A stretch of 64,000 nucleotides of DNA, taken from Nitrospirota bacterium (GTDB lineage: Bacteria; Nitrospirota; UBA9217). The stretch covers positions 1-64,000 of the forward strand of contig CAVUHW010000014.1 in the NCBI GenBank assembly GCA_963741205.1, in the 5' to 3' direction. The notes beneath the pieces are model-generated. The model was not told the origin of the DNA, made no database searches, and saw only the letters and a program-made list of their open reading frames with translations. A program made the translations under genes and the position numbers. Below are positions 32,334-43,557 of the stretch, piece after piece (position 1 is the first letter of the stretch; every line of letters begins with the position of its first letter).

Positions 32334-33485
32334 CTATGCCTGGCTTCTCAGTCTCGCTGCGGTAGCCTCGATCTCGATGAGCCATCCCGGTCTGCACACG
32401 GGGGCTTTTACATATACAGCCGGGAGGTGTTTCGCATACCGGTCTATATGCGGTCTCACGAAGGCATGGTCAGCAGCATCCCGGAGATATACGATGAAGC
32501 TGGACAGGTCCTCCCTTTGAAACCCGCCTGCATCGAGAAGAGCAGAGATGTTCTCAAGCGTACGATCGGTTTGCTTCTCCACATCGCCGGGATGAACGAT
32601 CTGTCCGTCCTTATCGATACTCGCCGTGCCTGATATGAAAAGGAATTGCAGGTTCCCCATCTCCACGGCAGTGGCCCTTTCGAACGTAACGCCGTAGGCG
32701 TGCGTGGGACACAGGTGCTCCGGCGCCTGGATGTACCGGATGGCGCCCCTCCCGTCGCCCGTGAGCGCATAGGCGTCCATAAAAACACGGGCGAACCGGC
32801 TGCCCGTTCCTCCCTGGATGCCCGTGCTTGCGATGTAGTGCGTGTCTTTCGTCAGGTTGATAGAATCGAACAGCTCCTTCCTGGCCTTTACGATGCCGGG
32901 ATAGTCCGCATCCAGATGCGGGGCATAGATCCATGTCCTGAGAACGCCGTCCTTGATGGATGTGCCCAGGGCCGAGAGTTTCTTTCCCAGCAGATTGAAA
33001 ATATTCGTAGTCTGCGCTTCCGCGCTGGAATGCTCATCAGCGTCCGGGTCGAGCAGGTGTTCAACAAAGATGTGCTTGACTCCCATTTTTGTCTCGAGAC
33101 AGAAGAAGTTCTCATCTCTGGACTTCGCCGTGATGTGGCTGAGACACATGCCCAAGAGAGCCGCTTTCACACCGGAAGCTGGAGGTTGTTCCGTTACGGA
33201 GAAGAAGAAGTCTGTTTTTTGCCGCTTTTTGAAGTTTCGGAATTCATCGTGATGGGTTAGGAGATCGCTTGAGAATAATCTTCTTACGGCCGAGGCATCT
33301 CCAGGGATATTGAACGTATTAAAAAGCTCCGCTTCGGCCCTTTCGATCGTTCTTACCTGATCCGCGATCTTTTCAGGCTGGTCCGGGACAATCGAATACC
33401 AGAACTCGATCCATCGTCCGTCCCTGTCATTTAAGCGGCTGTATCGGACCTCTGACCCCGCAAGTTTTACAAACCCTGTTTCCAT
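32334..33485 (-). CDS. Long RidA/YjgF-fold protein, chorismatase (FkbO/Hyg5)-like
   Basis: LRTWIY, ASTGIQG, YGVTFERA, FISGTASID, APVCRPGWLIEIEA. Confidence 0.72.
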   Translation of the reverse strand: METGFVKLAGSEVRYSRLNDRDGRWIEFWYSIVPDQPEKIADQVRTIERAEAELFNTFNIPGDASAVRRLFSSDLLTHHDEFRNFKKRQKTDFFFSVTEQPPASGVKAALLGMCLSHITAKSRDENFFCLETKMGVKHIFVEHLLDPDADEHSSAEAQTTNIFNLLGKKLSALGTSIKDGVLRTWIYAPHLDADYPGIVKARKELFDSINLTKDTHYIASTGIQGGTGSRFARVFMDAYALTGDGRGAIRYIQAPEHLCPTHAYGVTFERATAVEMGNLQFLFISGTASIDKDGQIVHPGDVEKQTDRTLENISALLDAGGFQREDLSSFIVYLRDAADHAFVRPHIDRYAKHLPAVYVKAPVCRPGWLIEIEATAARLRSQA

Positions 33486-33866
33486 GTGTTTGTCACCTTT
33501 CCCAAGGCAGGCGTCGCAAGCACTTACTTCTTTCCTTGGTATGCTTTTACTGCTTCATTGCACGATTCTCGTTGTTCTGCGTGTATACCATGCTTATACC
33601 AAAGAGGGATTGCGGCGAACTGAAGGAATGCAGTTTTTTTTGCGTCAGCACAAAATTACTATTGCCGGCACGGCAAGCCACGACAAGTACGGGTTCATAC
33701 GATGGTGGCGCGGGTGTTGGAATGCATCGAGACAGAGAAGAGCGTATATCCGGATCATTCTCCGATAATGCTCTGGTGCAGTTTCTTTGTCTGTTACTCG
33801 GACTTCATGTCCAGGCTGCGCCTAAACCGGCGTTTCGTCAAGTGCCGCCCTGAGCGTTGAACAACA

Positions 33867-36608
33867 TTAGCAACTGACTTCTTGCTTTTTATGGGGTAGG
33901 GGCTGCTCGCCCTTGAGCAGGATACGGGCGTCGACAACAGCGCATCCTCTCCCCTTGTCGAAGACCATGAGCGGATTGATCTCCATCTCGGCGATCTCCG
34001 CGAAATCGTCGACCAGCGCGGAGAAGCGGAGAAGGACCTCCTTGAGCGCATCGAGGTCCTTCGGGCTGCTTCCCCGCCAGCCGGTCAGGAGCGGAAGGCC
34101 CTTCAGTTGCGCAAGCATATAATCGGGGTCCTTATCCATGAGCGGGTGGAGCGAAAAGGCCACGTCCTTGATCAGCTCGACCTGCACGCCGCCGATCCCG
34201 ACCATGAGGAGCGGCCCGAATACCGGGTCCTGAGACATGCCGACGATCACCTCCTGGCCGCCTTTCATCATCGGCTGAATAAGGACGCCCTGCATCGCCT
34301 GTTCAAGGCCCGCGGTCTTCATCCGTTCCTGAATGGCGATGAATTCATGCCGTACGTCCTCCTCGTTGCCCAGATTGAGCGCGATGCCGCCCACGTCCGT
34401 TTTATGCGTGAGTGTGGTCGAGCGGAGCTTCATAGCGACCGGGAACCCGATCTCGCGCGCGGCCTGTGCCGCCTCTTCAGAACTGGTGCGGCCCTGGTCT
34501 CCGCAACCGGTATTCCATACTTCTGCAGAAGTCCCATTGCAATTTCCGGCGCCAGCCAGCCGCCTGCTTCTTGGAGCGCTCCGTGAGAGCGGAGATAGCT
34601 CCTTGCCGCATTCTCGTTTATATCGGAGAACTCGCGGATATGTCCCTCCTCGCGCTGCCGCGAGCGTGCATAGGGCCAGGCAAGCGCGAGGGACTGGACC
34701 GCGTCTTCCGGGAACATGTAGACCGGAAGGACCCATGGTCTCCGTAACGAAGATCGATCGAGACCGCGCCTGACATCATAAAACAGGCGAGCACCGGCTT
34801 TCTTCCCCGGTAGCTGTCCATGACGCTCCTTATGCCGAAAGCAATCTCCTGAGGGTCCCGCAGCGGGATGTTGATCACGAGGATCGCGTCCAGGGCGGGG
34901 TCATCGAGCATGACCCTGAGCGCCTTTTCAAACTGGTCGCCCCTTGCAGAAGCGATAATATCGACGGGGTTCCCGAGGGCCGCTTCCTTTGGCAGGAATG
35001 ATGCGAGCTTCGTCTTCGTCTCCTCGGAGAGGGCCGGGACCGACAGTCCGCTGTTGATCGCCGCATCGGCGGCAAGCACGCCCGGGTCCGCCCGCGTTCG
35101 TCAGGATGCCGATACGCGGCCCCTCCAGCAAGGGCTGGCTGGCCAGGAGCTTGGCGATATTGAACATCTCCGCGATCGTATTCACCCTGATGACGCCCGC
35201 CTGCCTGAAGAGCGCGTCCACGGCCGCGTCCGAGGCCGCCAGTGCGCCGGTATGAGAGCTGGCGGCCCGGCCGCCCACATCGCTCCGGCCAGCTTTCACT
35301 GCGACGATCGGTTTCTTTCTCGATATGCGCCTGGTTATCCTGCTGAAGCGGCGGGCATTGCCGAAGGTCTCGAGATACAGCAGGATGACCGCGGTATTTT
35401 CGTCATCCTCCCAGAATTCGAGCAAATCGTTCGAGGAGACATCCATGCGGTTGCCGATGCTCGCGAAGTGGGCGATACCCAGATTGTTGCTCTTTACATA
35501 ATCAAGCAGCGCCAAGCCCAAGGCTCCGCTATGGGAGCTGATGCTGAGATTACCCCGCGGCGGCCAGATTTTCGCAAAGGTCGCGTTCAGGTTTACCGCC
35601 GGGTCCGTGTTCATGATACCCAGGCAGTTGGGGCCGACGCAGCGCATGCCGTAAGAGAGCACCTTTTCCCGAAGAAGACGCTGACGATCTTTCCCCTCGG
35701 GACCGCTCTCGGCAAAGCCCGCGGAAATGACCACGATGCTCCAGACCCCCTTTCGACCGCATTCATCGACCACATCGAGAACACATCTGGGCGGGTACGA
35801 CGATGACGGCAAGATCAACATCGCCAGGAATGTCGCTGACGGACGGGTAACTCATAACACCGTTGACTGGCAGTTGCCTTCGGGTTCACCGGGAAGGCCG
35901 CGCCCCCGAAATTGCCGTAGAGCAGATTGCGGAAAACCTTTCCGCCGACGCTGTCCGGGTCGCGGGAGGCGCCGATGACCGCGATGGTCCGCGGATACAT
36001 CATCCTGCGCATGCCGATGCGAGCCGGCAATGTGCTCGCGGACCGCCTGCCGCTTCGAGAATTCCTCCTGGTGCTCGAGGTCGAAGGTGAACTCGGTGAA
36101 TCCTTCATTCATCCGCTTGACGATGTTGAATCCGCTCTCCTCGAAGACGCGGATCATGAGGGTATTCTCGGGAAGGACATTGGCGAACAGTTTTTTGATC
36201 CGGTACTTGAGCGCGGTCTCGGCGAGCTTCTCGAGCAGGGCCGTGCCGATGCCCCTGGCCTGGACGTTGTCCTCAACAATAAAGGCTATCTCCGCCGTAT
36301 TTCCATCCGGCGACAGGAACCAGCGAGCCCACGGCCCGGATCAGCTCCTCGGCTGCGCCCTCGCCGGTAAGCCCGACATACGCATGCGTTTCGGGCGGAT
36401 GCACGTTGGTATAGTAATCAAGCTCCTGGTCGCTGATATATTCCTTCATATGCCCGAATCGGAAGTAGCGGGTCTGAGGGCTCAGGCGATAGAAAATTTT
36501 CCGCAGCTTATCTTTGTCCTCCCGGGTGATCGGCCGGACCTTGAAGGTATGGCCGTCTTTCAGAATGATTCGAATCACTTCGGCTTTTCCGGTTACTGAA
36601 ACTTTCAT
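33867..36608 (-). CDS. GNAT + CoA-binding + ATP-grasp fusion (Pat-type acetyltransferase / ADP-forming acyl-CoA ligase); several frameshifts
   Basis: LSPQTRYFRF, IAVIGASR, GPNCLG, SHTGALA, NPVDI, HKTDVGGI, DPVFGPLLMVG, EMEINPL. Confidence 0.85.
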
Positions 36609-36809
36609 GGTAATCACCTCGCATGGACGAATGCCCCGTAAGGAACGCGTCATTTTCCACCTGATTGGTTACAACAACACACTTATCACTCTCTGAAACA
36701 GAACTATGAGATTAACCAGGCGTCGAGTGACGACAGTCACCTCGGTGATGACGGCAACATCCGCCTCTGTCTCGTCTCTGATTACGATCTTTTTTTGTCG
36801 TCATAAAGC

Positions 36810-37542
36810 TATCCTATTTCACGAGGGCCCGCTAACACCTCTTTTATGGCCTGAGCCAACTCATGTATAGCGGACTTACCATCACCAACGTAAGCTGAAC
36901 ATGCATTGTCGCAATAGTTCTTGGCTTTAGATCGGCAAGACGGCTTAGAATCTGTCAGTCTTGGTTGTATATGGCAGGGAATAGGCTAACGGTCCTTTCA
37001 GATTCTCAATCAGCATATCTCGTGATCGGCTAACAATGTCGGTAGTCAACGCTTCCACGTCGCCGTGCTGATGGAAAAGATCAGAGCATAAAAGCGTGCC
37101 ACTATTCTCTTCAAATAAATGGCCTGCATCCCAGGCGTGAGGCACATGTGGCGTCTGAAACTTGAAGCGGAGCTTTCCAGTTACAAATACTTCCCCGTCT
37201 TCTAGAGCCCTGGCAGGCCTTTCCGCTACGACGTCGTCTACATTTACCCTCTTTGCGACAATGCTGCATATCGCCGTTGCATTCGGTGCAATCCTTTGCC
37301 ATTCTCTAAGTGCTCCACATTCATCTGCCTCAAAATGATTAAAACCAAGGCATCGTAAAGTAAAGGGATCGATCAACTTGGCAACAGCTTCTTTGACTAA
37401 GGGGAAAAGCTGTCTCATCTCAAGATGGTAAAGAAGTGGCTCTTCATCCTTTATAAGAAACTGATTGAATTGAATATTCGCCTCAGAAATGAAAGTAGTG
37501 ATTTTAAAAAAAACCTTCTGAAATTTCAGTTATCTGGCCCAC
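36810..37542 (-). pseudogene. Metallo-beta-lactamase-fold (FprA/ODP-like) protein, frameshifted
   Basis: [52 protein letters not shown]. Confidence 0.7.
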
Positions 37543-37629
37543 CTATTTTTCACCCATGTCTTGATTAATTGGCCTAATCCAGGCGGAAAAAGCGGCCAGC
37601 CCCGGCGGAGCCGGGTCCAGTCTTGATTT

Positions 37630-37750
37630 TAGCTGACGAGTTTTCTTTTCTTATCCGCTACCCCGTACAACTCGTAGACGATCTCATCATTTTTTCATCG
37701 GTCACGTCGATTTCAGATCCAATCTTCTCGCGCTCTGCACATTCGAGAAG
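37630..37750 (-). pseudogene. C-terminal remnant of a type IIG/Eco57I-like restriction-modification enzyme
   Basis: Manual reading across one indel: EREKIGSEIDVTDEK.DEIVYELYGVADK. Confidence 0.45.
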
Positions 37751-37974
37751 ATGCTCCACTTATATTAGCTTATCACGGAAAGTTGATTGTCGAAAGATAG
37801 GAACAACATTATTTCAGGATGATTTTTTTTAAGATCTATTTTAGGAATTTAATGCTCAGTGGTTTGCTATGGCTATGAAACACAATTACAAGGTCGTAGA
37901 TCGCGATCGAGAAAGATTTAACGAATCCTGGTTGATTTATTGGTTGTTGCAACGGATGAAAACTTCAATAGTTC

Positions 37975-39696
37975 AGCTTGCTATATTGTAGAAGAGTAGA
38001 AAAAGTTTGGTTAGAAGGCTATACTCTTTCTTGATTTAAAACCGGCTGGCGAGTTGGTAAATAAATCAGAGAAAGGAGCATAGCCCTTGAAGATGATTAA
38101 AACAAAAAAGCAACGGATAGTCAATGGGAAAGCTCTTATCGTGACGGTAGATATTAGCAAAGACAAGCATTTTGGATACTGGCGCTGCCCAGACGGCACT
38201 GACGTGAAGCCCTTCTCCTTTCCGAATAACGGGGCCGGCTTGCTTGGAGTTCTGGGAGCGAATATCCACGGCAAAGGAGATTTATCGCCTTGATGAAATT
38301 GTTTTTGGGTTTGAGTCCACCGGGCCGTATGGAGAGGCTCTCGTGCATTTCATGAAAGCACGAGGCGTGCGCCTTGTGCAAGTGAACCCCATGCATACCA
38401 AAAGAGTCAAGGAGCTTCAGGGGAATTCTCCGAACAAAACCGATCAGAAAGACCCCAAGATCATCGCAGATATCATAGAGCTTGGCCGTGCCCTCACGGT
38501 CGTGGTCCCGGAAGGGCCTGCTGCTGAGCTTCGAAGGCTTACTCAGGCCAGGGAAAGAAGCACGGAGCGTCATACGGCGTTGGTGAACCAACTGCAGAGC
38601 TTGATCGCGATCATCTTCCCCGAGTTTCTCCAGGTGGTGAAAAATGTTAAGACGGCAACTGCACAATATCTTTTAAAACACTGCCCGACACCTCAGAGTC
38701 TTGTTGCATACGGTCTTGATAATCTGACCAAGACCATGTGGAATGTGAGTCGCGGGAGGTTAAGGGAAGACCGAGCCAAGGCGCTCTACGAGGCGGCGGA
38801 AGGTTCTATAGGCGTAATTGAGGGCCAAGCGAGCATCCTTCTCGAAACCCAAGCGATTCTTGCTGCCATGGAAGCCTCTGAAAAGTTTACGGAGGGGTTG
38901 GAAAAGGAAATGAGTCATCATCTCAAACAGATTCCCTACAGCACTTGTCTTCTTTCGATCAAAGGAATCGGGGAGGTTACCGCTGCCGGCCTCATTGGTG
39001 AAGTGGGCGACTTTCGGAGGTACAGCACGCTCGGGGAAATCATGAAACTTGCCGGTCTGGATCTCTTTGAAGTCAGCTCCGGAAAACACCAGGGAACTCG
39101 CCATATTTCCAAGCGTGGCCGCCCCTTGATGCGGAAGCTCTTATATTTTGCCGCGATGAACATGGTTCGTCAAGGTTGCGTTATGGAACATCAGTATCAG
39201 AGATACCTTGATCGGGGCATGCTAAAGACCAAGGCCTTGATCGCTATCGCACGTAAGCTTCTCCGGATTATATTTGCTATCGTACGAAATAATGGTGTTT
39301 TTGATTACTCGAGGACATCATACCAATTCAAGGAGGCTGCATAACACAAAGTCTTGGCGTGTAGGCGGGGAGATTATCACTCCATCCTCTAAGGCGGCCG
39401 AGCCGACCTTCAAGTTCAGAATCAATAACCCCCGCTTGCACCTTTGTCTCTATGAAGCAAGGTCAGGGCTCTTTTGAGACCCTCAAATTACCAGGGTTGG
39501 ACAAGGTGCCGCACAAGATTACTGTTTAAGGGGGGGTATCAGGATATGGGCTGCCCTCAGAGAATCGATCCTGGGGCATTTGTGAGAGAAAATTTTTGCC
39601 CTGCGAGGCTGAAAACCCAAGTCTGGCCACTCTAGCCCATACTGCCGTCTCAGGGGTTTGCTCCATTGCAAAGATTAAAATTCAATATGAAAAGCT
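37975..39696 (+). mobile_element. IS110-family element (transposase 38093-39344, frameshift near 38245) with ~350-nt 3' non-coding end
   Basis: DEDD residues (VDISK, FESTG, KTDQKD), IKGIG, SSGK, ISKRGRPLMR; tentative ends AGCTTGCTATATTG / CAATATGAAAAGCT. Confidence 0.85.
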
Positions 39697-39814
39697 AAAT
39701 ACTAAAAAATATTTGACAACAATAAACCAGGATGCTAATCGCGCTGAATGTTAAGAGTTGAACTATGCAAATAGTTGGAGTGAATGATGGTTCCCCAAAG
39801 ATGACAAATAGAGG

Positions 39815-41848
39815 GTAGAGTAAAACCACTGGCGTAGTAGCTACAGGTTGATATTTGTTTTCGCTGTTTCTCTCCGTTTCCTCTGAGAGTGACACATTAT
39901 CTCAACCATACCCTATCTCCAACGCCTTCTCGTCAAACCGTACGTGAGGTTTTCCCTCATACGGCTTTCCTGTCACTCTTCACAACAAGGGTTATGTGAC
40001 CTATCGGTTTGGGGCAGCTTTCGGTTGGATAGTATCGTATATGGTAGTCATTGTATAGACCCCATCGCTGATATACATCCTCCCTTACTCCACCGCTTCC
40101 AGCCAAAGCCCTTCAGTTTCTGTCTCTTCATGACAAACTTACGCACTTTCTTCTCAACTGTCATCTCTGACTTTGTTGAAGGTGCTATTGCTGTTGCCTA
40201 TCCGGAAATAATTCACCCAGCCACGTGATCACTTCATTGACTGAGCGGATTACTTCGTTCATGGGCTTTGTTCAAGTTTGCCTTGAGCACTGCTTTTACC
40301 TTCTCGCCGATTTCTTGCGCTTCTTCTGCTTGTGGTGTTTTGCTGACATAGCGTTTTGCCATTGCGGTTCTTGTTAAGCCGGAAGTCGAACCCGAGGAAG
40401 CTGAAATATGTCGCCTTCCTTGAGATTCACGACTTTGGTCTTTTCCTGGTTCATTTGGACGTGCAGCTTGTCCAGTTCTTCTTTGAGCCGTTTCTGCACG
40501 CTGCGAGAAGCCAGTCTTCATCGGGATGTCAGTGAACAAGGATGACCATGTCGTCAGCGCTTCGAACGAAGTCGATGTTGTCGTAGCCCTTGCGCCGGGT
40601 TACCTCACGTGCTCGTTCCATCATCTCATCCACTCGTTGAGGTAGAAGGTTGGACAGCAGGGGTGATATGATCCCGCCCTGCGGCACTCCCTTGTTCCCA
40701 TTAGCTTTGAGAATGAGTTTTAAGCAGGTGCATGATTTTCGTCGTCTTGCACCCGTCTGGGCGACTTTCTCCGAGCAAGAATGTGATGTCTGATGTTGTC
40801 AAAATATCCGCTCAGGTCTACATCTACGACCCGTGTGAGTCCCGTGTAATACCGCTGACGCTCACGTGCTGTACTATTGCCTGATGGGCGTGCCGTTTGG
40901 GGCTGATACCCATAAGAGCAGCCCTTGAAGTCCGCTTCGAATATCGGTTCGAGTATGAGCTTCAATGCTCCTTGGACTATCCGGTCTTTGATCGTGGGTA
41001 TGCCGAGCATTCGGGTCTTGCCATTACCTTTGGGTATCTCGACCCGTCTGATTAGGTATCGGTCTGATATAGTTCGAGCGTGAGAGCTCCTGACTTATCT
41101 GTTCAGAAATCCGTCGAACACCTCTGCCTCGATGTCTTTAAAGCTCTTTCCATCGATGCCGGGTGCCCCATCGTTGGCTTTTGCCAACGATAGGATTCTT
41201 CAGCACTTGCGCTCTTACAGATATGACAGTAGAGTCCCCAGAACTCCAGTGCTTCTAGCCTTCGACTTTGCATGTATATCTTTCTCCTCAGTTCTTGCAG
41301 ACTCGATGGAAGCATTTGTCATGCTTCCCTGCCTTACCTTGATGAAAGATATGAGATACGAGCAGAGCTCCTTTGCTCCGGTGAGGTTGTGTTGTCCTTG
41401 CCATCATACGCTACGACGGACTCGTCCGCCACCCTCTTGTCCGTCGGCCCACTTCGTCGTGCGACTATAGGGCTTACCGCTGCTCCTTGCTGTTTCCGAC
41501 AAGGACGAGGAGGGTTTCCCCAGTTGATACGCGCACCTTTCTATCCGTGTCGCCGCTGGCTACCCCGCCACCGCTCCTCTTACTTTGTAGAGCCAGGGTC
41601 AGATAAGAGAATTCTGCCTTCGCCACGCATTGTAGAGGCTCGGCCAGTGGAGCTTGTCTCTTACGAGGCTACTTCTACGTTCACGTTAGTTACGACCCGG
41701 ATAGTCGCTCACCCGGCCTTACAGGACTTTGTCGATGGGCTTCAGAAGAAAGCGTTTCCCATACCTCCTGCCATCCAAGCTACGTGGCTCTGGCTTTTAC
41801 CATGACGGGACTTTCACCCGCAAGTGTCTGCACTCTCGCTGGGCACAC
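39815..41848 (-). mobile_element. Group II intron
   Basis: 5' GTGTGCCCAGCG...GGGTGAAAGTCCCG; domain V GAAAGCCGTATGAGGGAAAACCTCACGTACGGTTTG; 3' end ...TTACTCTAC. Confidence 0.88.
39990..41322 (-). pseudogene. ltrA: Group II intron reverse transcriptase/maturase, heavily frameshifted, no endonuclease domain seen
   Basis: LQELRRKIY, APGIDG, LGIPTIKDRIVQ, EPIFEADF, VDVDLSGYFDNIRH, PQGG, VRSADDMVI, GWVNYFR. Confidence 0.82.
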
Positions 41849-41869
41849 CAATGGAAAGAATTTATATCG

Positions 41870-41929
41870 CTATAACGCCCTGCATCGCGGCAGTTGCAAA
41901 GCGTCGTCCGCTGCATGTCGTTGTTACAC
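41870..41929 (-). other. Integron attC site (60 bp)
   Basis: Minus strand GTGTAAC-aacgac-ATGCAGCGGAC...GCCGCGATGCA-gggc-GTTATAG; upstream gene's TAA lies inside R''. Confidence 0.75.
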
Positions 41930-42991
41930 CGCTCCTGATTCAAGCGATGACTTGTTGGGCACGAGGACGATCTTGCCCGTCACGCCTCCCTTCCCGAGCA
42001 ACTCCTGTGCGTGTCTTGCCTCGGCGAGAGGAAATCGCCGCGCGATTAGCGGCTTGATCTTTTTCTTTTGAAGGAGGTCAAACAGGGCGATCAAATCCTG
42101 TCGAAACAATGCCGGTTTCAGCCGTTTGAGCGTCTGGATGCTGTAGGGGACGACCCGTTTCCGACCCGGGAGAAGCCAGCCGCCGGCGATGTACAGCACG
42201 AAGATCGGGATTCCATGAAGGCGATTACGACGACCTGGACGACCTGAAGCCAATCGCCCCCCACGTAGCGAGGAAGTAAGGCCATAGGCCACTACCCTCC
42301 CGCCAGGACGCAGAGCCTTGCGGGAACGCCAGATATGCGTGCCGCCCATGCTGTCAAAGACGACGTCTACGCCCTCGTCCGTGAGTCGGTAAATTTCTTT
42401 CACAAAGTCCTGATGCTGGTAATCAATCGGGATACCGCCCAGGGCGGAAACGGCCGGCGCCCCTCGCGATGAACAGGTACCGTACATCTCCAGCCCGGCA
42501 AGGCGCCCCAGCTGCAAGAGTGCCGTGCCGACTCCGCCTGCCGCGCCGTGAATCAACACGCGCTGGCCCGGTCTGACCTTAGCGGAACGATGCAGCATCT
42601 GGTACGCCGTGATGTAGTTCAGCACGAGACTGACAGCCTCGGCGGCGTCCAGCCCGGATGGCACCGGGACCAGTTCACGCTGTGGCAGGCAGACGAACTC
42701 CGCGTACGCGCCGCTGATCGGCAGCGCCGCAACTATCTGGCCTGGTTCGATTCCGGAGATACCGGCGCCGAGCCGATCCACCACGCCGACCAGATCCCAC
42801 CCCGGTGTGAAAGGCACCCGGGGCGTTTCGGGATGAACGCCCTCGCGCGCCATTATGTCAGGCAAGGAGACGCCTGCGGCCAGCACTCTCACCCGCACTT
42901 CACCATGCTTCGGCTCGGGGCACTCTTCTTCAACCACCTGAAGTGCGTCGGGCCCGCCGTAATGAGTGACGACGATGCGCGTGTGTTTCAT
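41924..42991 (-). CDS. Medium-chain dehydrogenase/reductase (quinone oxidoreductase-like)
   Basis: GGPDAL, PFTPGWD, GAYAEF, IHGAAGGVG, GKIVL. Confidence 0.9.
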   Translation of the reverse strand: MKHTRIVVTHYGGPDALQVVEEECPEPKHGEVRVRVLAAGVSLPDIMAREGVHPETPRVPFTPGWDLVGVVDRLGAGISGIEPGQIVAALPISGAYAEFVCLPQRELVPVPSGLDAAEAVSLVLNYITAYQMLHRSAKVRPGQRVLIHGAAGGVGTALLQLGRLAGLEMYGTCSSRGAPAVSALGGIPIDYQHQDFVKEIYRLTDEGVDVVFDSMGGTHIWRSRKALRPGGRVVAYGLTSSLRGGRLASGRPGRRNRLHGIPIFVLYIAGGWLLPGRKRVVPYSIQTLKRLKPALFRQDLIALFDLLQKKKIKPLIARRFPLAEARHAQELLGKGGVTGKIVLVPNKSSLESGAV

Positions 42992-43191
42992 GGACCTCTT
43001 CCTCCCTGGGTTACGGTGATGATCACGATATGAAGTGTTGATCGTTTAAAAGAATGGCAACCCAATAGTTCAGGAAGACATTGTCGCTGAACATTTCGAT
43101 CAAAATAAGTCAGACTGCCTTATCACGACTGGCATCAGCGACACCTGCAACTTCGCGGCTACACGATTGGTAGAGTGCGAAATATCAGTAG

Positions 43192-43557
43192 TTACTCTTT
43201 GATCTTTTTAAAGAGTTGTTGTTTGCCCTTTGACCACTTAGTGGATTGATCTGCGCCAAGTTCATAAAAACCGAATGCATTATATTCGCCGTCGAGAATC
43301 AAACAATATTTCCATGGACTCCAGGTGGAAATTGGTTCATGACGGCAGCAGACATAATCTTGGGTTTCTGTTTTGTACTTACACTCCCACTTGGAGCCTT
43401 CTTTGATTGCATAGGCGGGCTGACCCATACCATCAGGCGGTAGATAATTTCTGGTTGCTTCTAATATAAACGGTTCTTCAATTTTCGTTAATACGGAGTT
43501 TGAAGCGCAGCCTAACAAGAGGCATGCACTGCATATGATGACAAGAAAGGACTTCAT
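43192..43557 (-). CDS. Hypothetical lipoprotein
   Basis: MKSFLVIICSACLLLGC lipobox; Cys-rich. Confidence 0.65.
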   Translation of the reverse strand: MKSFLVIICSACLLLGCASNSVLTKIEEPFILEATRNYLPPDGMGQPAYAIKEGSKWECKYKTETQDYVCCRHEPISTWSPWKYCLILDGEYNAFGFYELGADQSTKWSKGKQQLFKKIKE

